The position numbers and the translations under genes are program-made. The notes under the pieces are model-generated. The model did not search any database. It saw only the letters and a program-made list of their open reading frames with translations, and was not told the DNA's origin. 64,000 nt of DNA from Paraspadella gotoi (taxonomy: Eukaryota; Animalia; Chaetognatha). Below, one piece after another: positions 41,341-56,009 of the stretch (position 1 is the first letter of the stretch; every line of letters begins with the position of its first letter). The stretch lies in contig CM119266.1 of the NCBI GenBank assembly GCA_051294375.1, positions 5,379,210 to 5,443,209 of the forward strand, given 5' to 3'.

Positions 41341-41603
41341 TATCCGGAAATCTTGCAATATTAGCAGAATAAGGCTAAAACAAATAATTTATTGGAAAAA
41401 TAATATAAAATAGTGCGGAAAAAAAATTCTAAAAAAAGGAAAACACTAAATGAGTCGGACAAAAGCATAAGATTAAAACAAAGCGTACTTAATTTTAACT
41501 TTGCTGATTTAAGACCAAAAATGAATCAAGGGCAAGCCTTCATTAATGCGAATTTGGTCCATCTCTCTCCTNNNNNNNNNNNNNNNNNNNNNNNNNATCT
41601 CTC

Positions 41604-41671
<68 letters not shown>

Positions 41672-42189
41672 CTTTACCTCTCTTTTATTCTTTAAAAGAC
41701 CTTTATTATTATCGGCACTTTATTCCGCGCTATTTTTCTCAATACAAACAATCACAAATTATACATCCGACGATTCTTTTCGTGGATTTTTTCCTAAAAA
41801 TTCTGATTAATTCTTTATTATAAAACTCTGAGTGAGGAGCCTACCTCTAATAATGCTACGTTTCGTGGCGGGAAAAATATGTCCAAGCCTCTCTCTCTCT
41901 CTCTCTCTCTCTCTGCTTCACTCTCATACACGGCATTTTTTGTGTTTTATTTTACGATGAATGATTCAGGCACTCAATGAATTCAGCTATCATCGCAATC
42001 AATGAATGACTAGTCATCGTATCAATGAAAATGATTTATCATCATATCAATGAATATATTGACATATCATCGATTCATACACAGTCATTTTGTTATCATG
42101 CGCATCAAATTATTGTTATTCATCCGCCCGGTCAATATTTGGTATCATCGCTATCAATATTTGTTATCATCGCATCAATATTCTGGTTA

Positions 42190-45100
42190 CTATCGAAAGC
42201 GGCCCGATCTTTATGCTTTTTAAGATTTTTTTTTTTAAATTTGGTTTGGTGTTGATGAAATTCGTGTTTGTCAATCGAGTACAAGAAGCTTTCGTGTGAT
42301 TGATGGTCAATGATCAGTGTATTTCTAATTATATAAATAAACTAAACTATTTAAAGCGGTATTGATAGATTTCATTAGTTAACAAATATTGAATTAATTA
42401 ACGGAAATATACAGTTTTCGTTAAGTTAAGTTAATTAAGTATTCGTCGAGAAGCTTTTTAAGACTTTTGACATTGAATACTTTTGTATTAGCGTGCTAAT
42501 GTGGAACAGCCGGGTGTCCTGTGATGCCAACTTTGGGAATGGGCATCTCACTGTTGGGCGTTTGGCGTGGGCTTCCGACCCTCAGTGACGCCTCCAGTCA
42601 CTGGCGCGGTTACCCTAGACGGCGTCTCGCTTTGCCAACCAGAGGGAAAGTCGTTGGACTCGTGGATGGAACACTTACGCCTGGATTGGTGGTGTTCCCC
42701 CTCTGCAGCCAATGATTTGGCTGACGGATGGTGGCACGCGTTGAGGCGGTGTGTGAATATACCGCCACAGTGGTTTTTATAACTTTTATTTTACTTGTGA
42801 AGATTGATCCGGAACCGCGATTCCTACTCCCACTCATTTCCCCTTTTCACATTCACTTCCAAGAGCCTAGTCGACAATAGATCGTGTGACCGAATGACAG
42901 CTGAGAACCTCGGCCACGGTCTTCGGACCCACGTTGAATGAGATGTCCCGATGCACCTGGAACCCGATATGGCCCACCTGACCGCCGCCAAAGTTACGAC
43001 AAGCAAATCGCCGAATTGCTCTGTCAATGCATTCACGCAAGCTTTCCCGGCGGACGGGTTTGAATGATTAAAAAAGCTTGCCTCAAGCTCGAAAAAAAAG
43101 TGGGGAATTGATGAACGAAGATTTGAACGCAAGGAAACAAACGAACTAAAGAACGACACGTACACGAAACGAACGAAACGGACCGAACGAACGAACGAAC
43201 GAACGTATGATACGACTGAGAAACGAAAGAACGAACGAACGACGAAGACGAATGAACGAACGATAAAAGGAACGAATGAACGAACAAATGAACGAACGAT
43301 ATGAAAGAACGAAAGAAGAACGACATTGAACTAATGAAACCAATTTGCGGCACCCAAAATAAAAAGCAAAAACTCTAACGAGGAAAACTAAGAAATCAAG
43401 ATCAATCATAGAGTTTTTTCTTTTTGTAAACGCGGTTTATAACAAGTATTATTATTATTATATGTATCGCTGTTAAATATATTGTTTTTGGCATTCCTTT
43501 TTTTTTCTTTGTTGACCGTCATCAATATTTTTCGATACGAATTTTGTAGGCAAAAATTTTTTGAATATTTTTTTTTTCAATAATTACGTATTTTTTCTAT
43601 CAATTTATTCATTGTGATGAATTAAATAATTATTGATTGTCATACCAATAACGTCATTTTGTCCTTTTTCGATCCAAAATTATCGGTCAAAGTTTTTTTT
43701 TAAATGGGCATGGAAAAAAAGCTATTATTATCTTAAAAGCCAAAAATTACTTACAAATTTCTCATTCGTCTCTCTCTCTCTCTTTCTCTCCTTCTCTCCT
43801 CTTCTCTCTCCTTCTCTCTCTCCTCTCTCTCTCTCTCTCAACCCTAACTAATTCTCCCCTTTCAGAATATCATTGATCTACTTCTCATTCCCCCTCTCCC
43901 CCCCCCACCTCCACCATCCACTCGTGTCTCCCACAATTTCAACGTTTTTAACGTCGTTTTGTTTTTTTAATTAATTATTTCATTAATTAATTTTCTTAAT
44001 CGGTTAATTATAAATTAATTGTAAGATTAAACGTTTTAATTGTCACGTTCGTCGTTTTAAAAAAATAATCAATTAAAAAAAAGCCTTTTAAAAGATTTCC
44101 ATGCTTTCTTTTATCCAGTTTCACATCTTGTCTGATTTTTGTAATAAACATTTTGTGCGACATTGTTGAATAAAACTAAAAATAGAAATTGTTCTTTCTT
44201 TTAATTTGTCATAACCTCAAAGTTTAAAATTTATAAAGTTAATATATAAAAATCGCGGAGACAGATAAAGGGCTGGGTAAAAAATTCCTGAGACAGGGGA
44301 ACTGATATTAATTTTTACTAAAGACAATAACCAACCAAAGCGATAGATTTAATATTGGTCAATAAGTAAAGAGATTAATTCACGATTATTTAACGATTAT
44401 TTCACGAGGTAGAACATTTCACTTCGTATTTCTTAAAAGTGGCCGCCGCTTGCAGAAAATAAACAAAAGATCATCGTGTAAAAATACCTAGCGGAGAACT
44501 TCGAAACTAGAAACAAAAATACTTAGCTAAAATAGAAGCGAAGTTTTAATTTAGAATAATTGTTAGTTATAATCTAAAAATGCCCAATATTCAGCGAAGA
44601 ATTTCTTCAATTCGTGTTCTAATAGCCTCGCCGATTATTTTTGTAATAATCAAAGCTCAAAAAGGTAATTCGCGCCTTCCTCAAGAGCAAAAAACCGATA
44701 AAGGAATTTTAAGTGGATTTTATTCCGGGTTTTGAAAAGATTTAATTCCGGATTTGAAAAGATTCATTTCCGGATTTTGAAAAAGATTTAATTCCGGTTT
44801 CTTGAAAAGATTTAATTCCGGATTTCAAGATATAAATTATAAAAAGAAAAAGAAAATAGAGAAAAAAATACAGATTTAAAAAAAAATGTACAAGGCATAG
44901 ATTGTTATTAAAAATAAAATAAAAATAAATATGTATAGAAACTAGTTTGAGTAAACTATGCCGGATCTGTCAACGATACATAAACCTATCTAATCAGATA
45001 ACAAATATATGGATTTCGTTACACAATTTTTCTGATGTAATACTATCGCGACTATCAATAATTTAAATTAATTTTTCTGTCTCAAAAGAAAAAATATCAC

Positions 45101-45890
45101 AAATTTTATATGAAACATTCATGGCTAGTACAGCGTTCGGGATGGACGGCATCTCCACTGTTAGCGCTTGGAGGCTTCGCGCCGCTCATGACGCCCTCCG
45201 CTCACTGGCGCGGTTACCCGCTAGGGACGGTCTTCGGCTTCGCCAAACGCAGAGGAAGTCGTTAGGACTGTGGATGGAACACTAAGCCTGGATAGTGTGT
45301 TTCCCTCTGAGCCAATGGATTTCGCGTAACATTGGTGGAGTAGGCGCGTTGTGAAACTACCGCCACAAAACGTGCATTTTTGTTTTTTCCATTTTAAACT
45401 TATTTTCCACTCGGACGATTCCTTTCGAAACTTGAATTCCCAGCTCAAATCACCGACTTCTCACCAACACACAAAATTTCAAGTCAATAACGCCTGATCC
45501 ATCCGAGTAATTGGCATTCCCAGCTAAGGGCGAGACGGACGGACCGACGTCATGGACAGGACGGACGGACAGACAAAACACAACTAGTTTGACTAATTTT
45601 AATGATCCTTACGGCGATACAGATTTTGCGGTTAGGAACGACGGACCAACAAAGTTAGGATTTTATATCCGGCAATCTGCCAAATATTAGCAGATAAGGC
45701 TAAAAAATAATTAATTATTTTAAATTTATTTAAAAAAATATAAATAGTGCGAAAAAAAATTTAAAAAAAAGAAAAACTAAATGAGTCGGGACAAAGATAA
45801 GATAAAACAAGCGTCACTTAATTTTAACTTTGCTATTTAAGACCAAAAATGAAATCAAGGAAGCATTAATGCGAATTTGTCCTTCGAAAA
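42190..45890 (+). other. Direct, indel-rich duplicate of 37322-41560 lacking the MITE
   Basis: Starts aagcggcccgatctttatgc (=37322) and is colinear throughout. Follows the 25-N gap at 41572-41596 via 41597-42190, which is the reverse complement of ~35370-35950. Confidence 0.9.
42863..43063 (+). pseudogene. Indel-degraded duplicate of the chimaerin terminal exon (noisy read or alternative haplotype copy)
   Basis: Part of the 42190-45890 duplicate of 37322-41560. Confidence 0.7.
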
Positions 45891-46072
45891 CAAAAACGTA
45901 AAAAAAAATCTATAATGACTGCTGTAATTTTTGAATCCATCGTTACCTTGATTTCTTTCCTTTGTGTGTCTCAAGGTAACACTTTGTATTGATACGTAGT
46001 GATAAGTGATAACTTAACCTTTAACTTCCTGACTCTCCTCCCAACTGGTTCATTTCTTTAAACTTTTAAATA

Positions 46073-46246
46073 ATTAATTAAAAACGAAAATTTTCGTGGA
46101 ACAACAATAAAGTTTTTTATTAACTTTGGACATGTTTCGGCTTACAACTCAAGCCTTCATCAGCATTTGAGTTGTAAGCCGAAACATATCCAAAGTTAAT
46201 AAAAAACTTTATTGTTGTTCCACGAAAATTTTCGTTTTTAATTAAT
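46073..46246. repeat. 174-bp near-perfect palindrome (80-bp arms, 14-nt loop) containing a hammerhead-ribozyme-type core on the minus strand
   Basis: Arms differ by one base. Minus strand 46163-46129 reads CTGATGA-aggctt-gagttgt-aagcc-GAAAC-at-GTC. Confidence 0.7.
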
Positions 46247-46518
46247 CTCAACAAACAACAAAAGAAAGGATTAATACAATAACTTTTAAATACAAAATAT
46301 TTTTTTAAAGTTGACCAATTTCTACATACAGATTTAAATCCCTAAAGCATTGTTTAAAACTTTAAGTCATAATTAATTAAATGTTGACTGTTTAACTGTT
46401 TTTAATTGTGTTAATAGATTGTTTTTGATTATATTGTTAATATCGTTTTTATTATTAATAAAAAAATTAATTGTTGGAAATTCTTTACACATCTGACTAT
46501 GCAACGATCCTTGTGCAG

Positions 46519-46659
46519 TTTTGGGGACTTTTTCGGCGAAATGCCTCCACGAGGACAACCTCGTCAAAGTGGTCTTTGCCTTCGACGGGAGTATGAAGGA
46601 GACTTCCTTCAACGCCTCTTTGAAGCGGGCCGTGGATTTCGTGGAGATGCTGCGAGACG
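46519..46659 (+). CDS. Exon encoding the N-terminal strand/helix of a VWA domain (VWA-A), phase 1-1
   Basis: LGTFSAKCLHEDNLVKVVFAFDGSMKETSFNASLKRAVDFVEMLRD; cag acceptor and gtgaaa donor; degenerate DxSxS (DGSMK). Confidence 0.7.
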
Positions 46660-46887
46660 GTGAAAAAGTTCAAGGGTTTGGGTAGATTTTTTAGATTTTT
46701 TACTCATTCTATTTCGTTAGATCATATTTCATAATTACCAAATATTAGATTTAAGCAAATATTAAAGTTATAAATGGCTTTTTAAACATTTAGCATTTTA
46801 GAATTGGGAAAGGGAATGTAAGCGTTGATTTCTGGAAATAAAAGGAAAATCTAATATACTATGGTGGACTAAAATCCACATTCATCA

Positions 46888-47035
46888 GCAGCCATTGGTG
46901 CCGGAGGCAAGTCATTCGCCCAACCAACAGGTCCGGGTTCTAAGCCCGGTGGCCGCCAAGCCGTTAAGAGGGACTCGGCGCTTAACCCGCCTGTAACATG
47001 GTGTTACAGCCTGATCGAAGCTCGCGGGGACTGCT
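46888..47035 (+). mobile_element. tRNA-derived SINE / tRNA-like head
   Basis: gcagcca...ggttctaagcc (B box)...tggccgcca; 6/7 acceptor-stem pairs, no clean anticodon arm. Confidence 0.5.
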
Positions 47036-47248
47036 TATATTGAACGGTTTCTGTCACTAACACATAACAAAAATTACTGTCTCATTCGATACGAAATAAA
47101 AATACTTTCTTAGAACTCATATATCTATAAATCAAAATAACTAAAAGGATTAAACGGGATAATTTGTTCTGGGATCATGTCTATGATTGGCAATTGTTAT
47201 GGAACAATACTAACAAGTTTTGAATTATCTTGATTATGGGCCTAACGG

Positions 47249-47373
47249 ATGGAAACTAGAAATGGAATCCTTGGAAAAGTCGGCGGAATTCCGTTGGTCG
47301 ACGTCTGGCCGAAAGAGTTGGCCTTCTGCGCAAAGAAGCGGATCTTCTGGAGGAAGTGGAGCGTCCACTGCGG
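47249..47373 (+). CDS. Possible exon upstream of VWA-B (METRNGILGKVGGIPLVDVWPKELAFCAKKRIFWRKWSVHCG); ends in phase 2
   Basis: GC-rich island with a gtgagc donor, frame-compatible with exon 47762. 5' boundary uncertain. Confidence 0.4.
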
Positions 47374-47761
47374 GTGAGCTTCGAGGCGATGCATGTCACC
47401 CTCTGAATTGTTATATTTTTATATTTATATAATATATATTCAATTATTTATTGAGAATTATACTTGGTAGAAGATCGGAACTGATCGGGTCGGCTTTAAA
47501 TTTCTGTAGACGTCTATTCCTGATAGGTTTTGTAATAATGGCTCTATATAAATAATTACATTTAATTCTAATTTATTTTATTTAATGAAATAAATCGATC
47601 AATTTAATTAAATCTAATAATTTTTTTTTCATCAATTTTGTAACAAAATAATCAGGTGAAACGAAATTTTCCTTAATTTTATTTTATGATAAAAAATTGT
47701 AAAAGGAACAACCGAAAGTAAAACACATTCAAATAGAAACAAAATTTAAATTTATTTTTAG

Positions 47762-49177
47762 AACTTTGGGCGAGTCAAATGAAAAATTACAAACACGACA
47801 TTGTATTTTTGTTGGACGGAAGCAACAGCACCGGTTTGACCAGCTTCAAAAAAGGGCTCGCAGTCATCGGGAATTTCACAAAACAATTGGAATTCGGAAT
47901 AGATAAATCCAGGTGAAAAACAAAAGCCAGAAATTAAATTTAAAGATAGAAAGAGAGAAAAAGAAAGAAAGAGAGAGAGAAAGAAAGAAAGAGGTCCATT
48001 CAAGACCCACCATGAGGTTTATCTTGTAAAAGGAATAGCCCGCCATAGCCTGTCCAAAGTCAAGAGCAAAATAGCTTAATTATCTAATGAATGAATCTGT
48101 ACATTGTTTGTAACAATCTCGTACTATAATTGTGCCAAAATTCCCTTTTTTTAGAATTTCCGTGATTCAATATTCGTCAGTGGGAATCTTCACCGAGTTG
48201 AGTTTCGGTGATTCCGTCTCACAAAATCTAGTTTGGATTCAAGACAAGATCGCGAGCATTCCCTTCAGGGGTGGAGCCAAGAACACATCCGGGTAAGCGG
48301 GAATCAATGAGATTTTACGAAAATTATAATATATCCGGGTTCAAGTGGGTCACAATGATAATTTACGAAAATGATTTTGAATGGAACGGGCATAAAGAGT
48401 TCTATTCAGAGGTGGTCAAAATTGCTTAGATGTTGATGGTCATGTGGTCATGTGGGCAGAACCAACCGTACTTCCCGTGCCCCTTCGGCAGCAATGGCAG
48501 GATACTTTAGGGAACGAACCGGGTAACTCATGGTCATGAGCAAATAGCTTTACTCAATTGGACACTTGGTTTAGAGGCGGGATTAAATTATCACAATGCC
48601 CGACTTAAAGCAGAAACTTAGACTAATATTTCGAGTTGAAGGTCTATTCTATTGGCGACTTCAAGAGATTAAAGTCGAGAGTGCGGATTTTATTTGGGAT
48701 GGCGAGGTCGTTGGTGGCTTTGGCTTCTCGGACGAGTGGTGGGTCTTTCCCAGAAGTCCTGTCACCACATTTAAGGAAAAACTCTTGGATTTCTAAGACG
48801 AAATCAAAATTAAATTTGATTTTGAGAAGGATTGAGTCCTGATCAATGATACTGAAACTATAACAGGCTAAGTCTATTTATAGCTGAAAAGAGGATCGGA
48901 GGCAAGAGTGATTATGGCAGTTCCATCGATCTTGCACGCTGATTGGTCGAATCCGGTTCTATCTCGATCAATAAGGATCCGGCGATTCCATTCCGACGGA
49001 GATCCCCCCCCCCTTCGCTAACCCCGTTTTACCCTCTTTCTCAACAGAGGTCTGATGGAGATGAAGCGTCATTTCCAATGGAACGTTCGACCGATGGGAC
49101 ACAACGAAAATGTCGTCAGGACAGGAATCGTCTTAACTGACGGAAAGGAAGAGGAGGTTCCGCCGCAACTCGCCCAG
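47762..49177 (+). CDS. VWA-B N-terminal two-thirds: exons 47762-47912, 48155-48292, 49048-49177
   Basis: HDIVFLLDGSNS..KSRISVIQYSS..IPFRGGAKNTSGGL..TGIVLTDGKEEEVPPQLAQ; intact MIDAS (DxSxS, T, D); splice phases 2,2,0 consistent. Confidence 0.9.
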
Positions 49178-49372
49178 GTTAAGAGTTGAGAGATTAAGAG
49201 ATTCTGCACGTACATGAGCAATTGAGTATCAAACAAAGTTAAAGACTAAAGACTGCAAGGTTCAAGTTATTGAGAACAATATTTCAATCATTAAAAAATG
49301 CTACTATTCTTTTGAAAACAAAATTCTTCGAACGGTAGATCTTAGAAATAAAATTTAAAAATAAAATCCCTC

Positions 49373-49411
<39 letters not shown>

Positions 49412-49621
49412 CTGTCTCTCTCTCTCCTCTCATCTCTCTCTCTCTCTCTCTCGTCTCCTCTCCCTCCCTCTCTCCCTTCATCTCTCTCTCTACCTCCCTC
49501 CCTCTTTCTCTTTCTCCCTCCCTCTCCTCTCACCCTACTCTATCTCTCTCTCTCTCTATACCCTCTCTCTCTTACTCTAATCACTCTCCTTCTCTCTCTC
49601 TCTCTCTCTCTCCTTCTCCAG

Positions 49622-51087
<1,466 letters not shown>

Positions 51088-51351
51088 GTGAAGAAATTAA
51101 AAGATTTAAAAGAAAAATTAAAAGATTTAAAAAAAATAAAGAAAGAAAAGAAAAAAAAATTTATAAGGAAAATTAAAAGATTAAAAAAATTAAATTAAAA
51201 ATAAAGAAAGAAAATAAAAGAAGTAAAAGGAAGAGAAACGAAAAGAAAAGAAAAGAAAAGAAAAGAAAAGAAAAGAAAAGAAAAGAAAAGAAAAGAAAAG
51301 AAAAGAAAAGAAAAGAAAAGAAAAGAAAAGAACATCCTTCTTTTTCCTCAG

Positions 51352-51545
51352 CAACATCTCCCTCCAACTCCGAGAGACCGGCGTCGATGTGGTGGGCGTG
51401 GGTCTGAGTCCCGACGCCGACGACGATAAACTCCGGGACATTGTGGGCGAAGGGGTCGTGGGCAAAGGAGACAAGGTCATCGTTGTGGGGAAGGACGACG
51501 ACTTGGATGACGTGGTCAAGGTCGTGGAGGAGGCCATTGTGGATG
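51352..51545 (+). CDS. VWA-B C-terminal third
   Basis: RNISLQLRETGVDVVGVGLSPDADDDKLRDIVGE..VIVVGKDDDLDDVVKVVEEAIVD fits the VWA helix5-strandE-helix6-strandF-helix7 pattern. Confidence 0.85.
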
Positions 51546-51787
51546 GTGGGTCAGAATCTGAATCTCTCATCTGTGTTGAAATAAGAATTTAAAACCAATA
51601 ATATCTTAATAACAATACTTGGAATATCTCATGCAGATTTAATTCAGAAGTATAAATTTCATTATTATTTAATTGTTATTTCATAATTTTCTAATTTCAA
51701 TTATTTACTATGGTAGATTTGTCTACATGTTAACATTAGCGAAAAAAGCACCTTATTTGAGAATGCAGCAATGCAGCAATGAAGCAA

Positions 51788-52404
51788 TAAGGCGTAGTGA
51801 AATGTTACATACGAAAATTCTAAATGTCAATTCATGAACAACATACCATCAGTAAACATTAATTTGTTAAAAAAAAATAATTTTATGTTTTTTTTAATTT
51901 GTCGCAGCTAGGCTATATTTATATATAAGTACTATCCTTATAAAATCGAAAATTTTCAAAATAGGCTTTTTCTAATTTTGATTGCAGATTTGAATTCCTC
52001 GTCAAAAGTGAATAAAAGAAAATATAAATCATTTTAAAAAAATCTTTCATTTAAGTGGGTTAAAAATTAAAAAAACTATATTTAATATATATAAAAAGTT
52101 GATTTTCAGCTTAAAATATAGCTTTTTTTAATTTTTGACCCACTTAATTGAAGGAATTTCAAAAAGAGTTATATTTCTTTTATTCAACTTTTTATGTATG
52201 AATCAAATCTGCAAAAAAATTTAAAAAAAACTGTTTTGAAATTAACATTTATTGGTTTAGTACTAGTATAAATATGCCTACTGCGTAAATTGTAAAATTT
52301 ATTATAAATTTTTTATTACATAAATGTCATTAGTAAATTGTTGTTCGTTCCTCACTATTAGAATTTTAATTTAAAGTTAAATTTAGGAATTTTACTACGC
52401 CTTA
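51788..52404 (+). mobile_element. 617-bp AT-rich MITE with TAAGGCGTAGT TIRs and a probable 8-bp TSD
   Basis: taaggcgtagtgaaa ... ttttactacgcctta. Flanks atgaagcaa / atgagcaa. No ORF. Confidence 0.8.
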
Positions 52405-52737
52405 ATGAGCAATGAGCAATGAGCATATTCTTAATTACGGCGATGAAGCATCATAAAAAAAATCCTAAATAATGCTTTGCCAGTATCTAATAAGGTTTTT
52501 ATTTCATATCAAGTTAATGATACATATGCATACAAATATATATATATACAAAATAACAATAATTACCACAGTAAACTATACAGGAGAAATAAATAGAAGA
52601 AAAACTGTTAGGTTGTAGAAATATTATGAAAGGCTATGAAATAAAATTAAAAAATATACAAAAATACTTTTTTCTTATTATTTTATTTTTAATGTTAATT
52701 TTAACTAAATATTTTGTCTATGACTCTAATTCAACAG

Positions 52738-52848
52738 ACATTGACTTTTGCGCAACTCGTCCCTGTCACAACAACGGAACCTGCGTTAACAAGAAAAACA
52801 CGTTTCACTGCGATTGTCATCAAGGTTTTCACGGGATCTTCTGTGAAT
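52738..52848 (+). CDS. Notch-type Ca-binding EGF exon (phase 1-1)
   Basis: DIDFCATRPCHNNGTCVNKKNTFHCDCHQGFHGIFCE; six Cys with EGF spacing. Confidence 0.92.
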
Positions 52849-53122
52849 GTAAGGAAAAACACTGTTATAAATAAATCATTTATTGATTGATTGGCTGATT
52901 AATTAATTGACTGATTACTTGATTGATTGGATTGATTGATTTATTGGATGGATCAATAGATCTATTTATTTATCAACTGATTTATTGATTAAGCTGATTA
53001 AATGAATGATCGATTAATTTATGTCTCGCTTTAATGATATTGATTATTTAAATTTATTGATTGATCGATTGATAAGTATTGATTGATTCTGTATTATATA
53101 TATATTCTATATTACATCCCAG

Positions 53123-53608
53123 TCTCGCCCTCTGTCCAATTCGCGGCGATCCTCCATGGAGACGATGATGTCAACATCGTCGTCGACTTCAACTCTAGCG
53201 ACGTCGAGGCTTTGAAGTCTTTACGACATCCGGGTTTCGAGTGGGCCAACCTGAAGGGTGCCTTGAAGATCACCGAGGAGCGGTTCAAAAGAGAGGTCGA
53301 GTTGATTTAACTCATGTTTATTGATTGATTAATGTCTTCATTTGTTGTTCATTTGACAGACAGTTTGATATATTTAATTAATTGATCAGATGATTTATTA
53401 ATTGATTGATTGGTTGATTGATTGATTTATTCATTCTTTTTTTTTGACGGACAATTTGATTTATTAAATAAATTGATCGGATGATTGATTTATTGATTAA
53501 TTGATTGTTTGATTTACTGATTAATTGATTGATTTTTTCATTTGTTGTTTGTTTGATGGACAGTTTAATTTATTTAATCAATTGATTTGATCTTTGATTG
53601 ATTGAATA

Positions 53609-53650
<42 letters not shown>

Positions 53651-53940
53651 GGATCAAATAGAAAAAACCCTCCTATTTTTAGAAAAAAAACGTCGACGAA
53701 ACTAAGGATCCGATCGACATAATCGTCGTTTTCACGGAAGGAAATTTCAGCGCCCCCGACGCAGCCGTCGCCGCGTACGCCGCCGCAGCCGACGCCTCGG
53801 ACGCTGCTGTCGCAGCCGCCGATAAATTGAGGGACGACGGCGTCGACGTTATCATCTATTATTACGATTTGAAGAGTTGGGAAAATTGGCACGAGATGGT
53901 TAAAGTGGCCGGCGGCGTGGAGAATATCTTCATGGATACG
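53123..53940 (+). CDS. VWA-A remainder: exons 53123-53295 and 53683-53940
   Basis: SPSVQFAAILHGDDDVNIVVDFN..ANLKGALK..|..DIIVVFTEG..AAADKLRDDGVDVIIY..; lacks its own first strand. Confidence 0.8.
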
Positions 53941-54217
53941 GTGAGGAGAGAGAGAAATGGCCTTATTTTCCGAGAATCCCCAGATTCGACGAGAATTAGG
54001 AATTAAAGCTATTGTTTTTTCACGTTTGAGGTTAGAAGTTAGGGTTAGGGATTTAGGTTAGGGTATAAGGTTAGGGATTAGGGTTTGTGGTTACGGTTAA
54101 AAAGCAGGGATAATTCATTCATTTATTTATTCATACATTTAATTTATTCATTCATTTATTCTTTCATTCATTCGTTCTCTCTTTTTGTCCACCCCCCCCA
54201 ATCATTTTTCCTACAAG

Positions 54218-55171
54218 ATCGCCTTCCCGACCGACTACCTTATGTCTCCCGTCTGCCGACGACTCCGACAGACCAACTTGGAGTGTCACGTCGACTCTAA
54301 CGGACGAATCCACTTTCGAGTCTTCGCGACTGAACACTTCAAGCGCACCCACCTGCCCTACATCGGCAGCTGCCCGGTTTCGCCGCTGCCGTCGCCTTGG
54401 AGGCCCTTCGAGTATTTCTACGACGCGCGCGTCGACGAGTGCGGAGCGGCGCAGAGAGAGTCGAGCGGGAAGAGCGCCTTCAACAACAGGTCGAAAGTTT
54501 GGATAGGACGATTGCTTTCTATTTTTAGTTCAGCACTCTTATAAGAATTGACTCCTTCGGTCGTGACCAGGTGGCTTAATTGAGTAATATACCATCGTCT
54601 CATGACCATGACAAGAGATGAACTTTTTATTCAACCGAAAATGAGATTGATCTCATTAATCTCATTTGCATATCGTCGTGTCGACATTGACTTGTCATAA
54701 ATTCTATTCCGGTGTTATTTCATGGTCTCTTATCACGAATTCTCTTTTGTCACCCAAGTCTTGGCAAGATCACTAGTATTTACGGGGAACGAATCCTGCG
54801 GGAAGCGTCAGGACGGCCGTAAACAGCCTTGGGGGCCGTAAAAAACCCTGATTCCAAGCCCAGCCCAACTCATAGGCGGGGTGAATTTGACGCAATGCAC
54901 GGCTACTAATTGACTGACTGATTGATAAATTGATTGACCAACAAACTTGTTTAATGGTCACTTTTCCCTTCATTAAACGACTTAATTTATGTTTCAGTTT
55001 CACACCCAACGCGGTGGAGAAAGGGTCGACGCAAATCACGAGGGACACCTTTCCAGGTTGGGACATGACATGCTTCTTCGACCGAAATCACAAAGTCAGC
55101 TCAAGCTTCGTTCCCATCCTTCCTAAAAACAAAAATGGAACTCACGAGGTCAGTTCACCCACTCAATCTGG

Positions 55172-55244
<73 letters not shown>

Positions 55245-55918
55245 GAGGCATTGCCCCTAATTATAGGAGGAGTCGAGATACGATTGTCAGGGACAATGGC
55301 TCTAATTATAGTCTGACAATAGTTTTATTATCGACAGACCAATGATAAAGGTGATAGAAAAGTTAATGACAGACACGATGACAAAGTGGACAATTAATTA
55401 TTTAATTATAATTTGTACAATTGGAAGAAGGAATGTTTCTTGAGGTTGTGCCTTGAGGAGAGTTTTCTCGAAATATCTGGTCAATCTCGGACGTCGGTCA
55501 TTGGTCGGTCCATGGATGGAGCAAGGTCTCTGATTCGTCCGCTGTTCGAATGAAAATATGACGACCAATCATATCGCACTTTTCCCCCGCCTTCAAGATT
55601 CTCCCCGAGGTCTCCATCGAGGCGCACCTCACCCCCGACTTCGACTTGCTCGTCAAACCGCCCGTCTACTTGAAGATGGACCAACGCGTCTACTATCGAG
55701 TCTGGACCAACTTGAAGAGGCGGATCTTCCTCACCAACTGCTGGACGACTCCGGAGAAAGAGGCGGCTGCTGGAGCTGAGGCTGGGGTGGCGGCTTCGAC
55801 AACGGCGAAAGAGAGACGCTACTATCTGTTGAAGAACGGTTGTGGCGTGGACGCTACTTACGATGGACGGTCGGGACCGGATGTGAACGAAACTCGGTTC
55901 TCCTTCTCGGCATTTCGG

Positions 55919-56009
<91 letters not shown>

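Noticed and set aside
46860-46890. Second CTGATGA (minus strand) followed by a hairpin
   Set aside because: No GAAA after the stem, so not a hammerhead core.
46888-46958. Functional tRNA gene
   Set aside because: No well-formed anticodon arm, and it runs into a SINE-like body.
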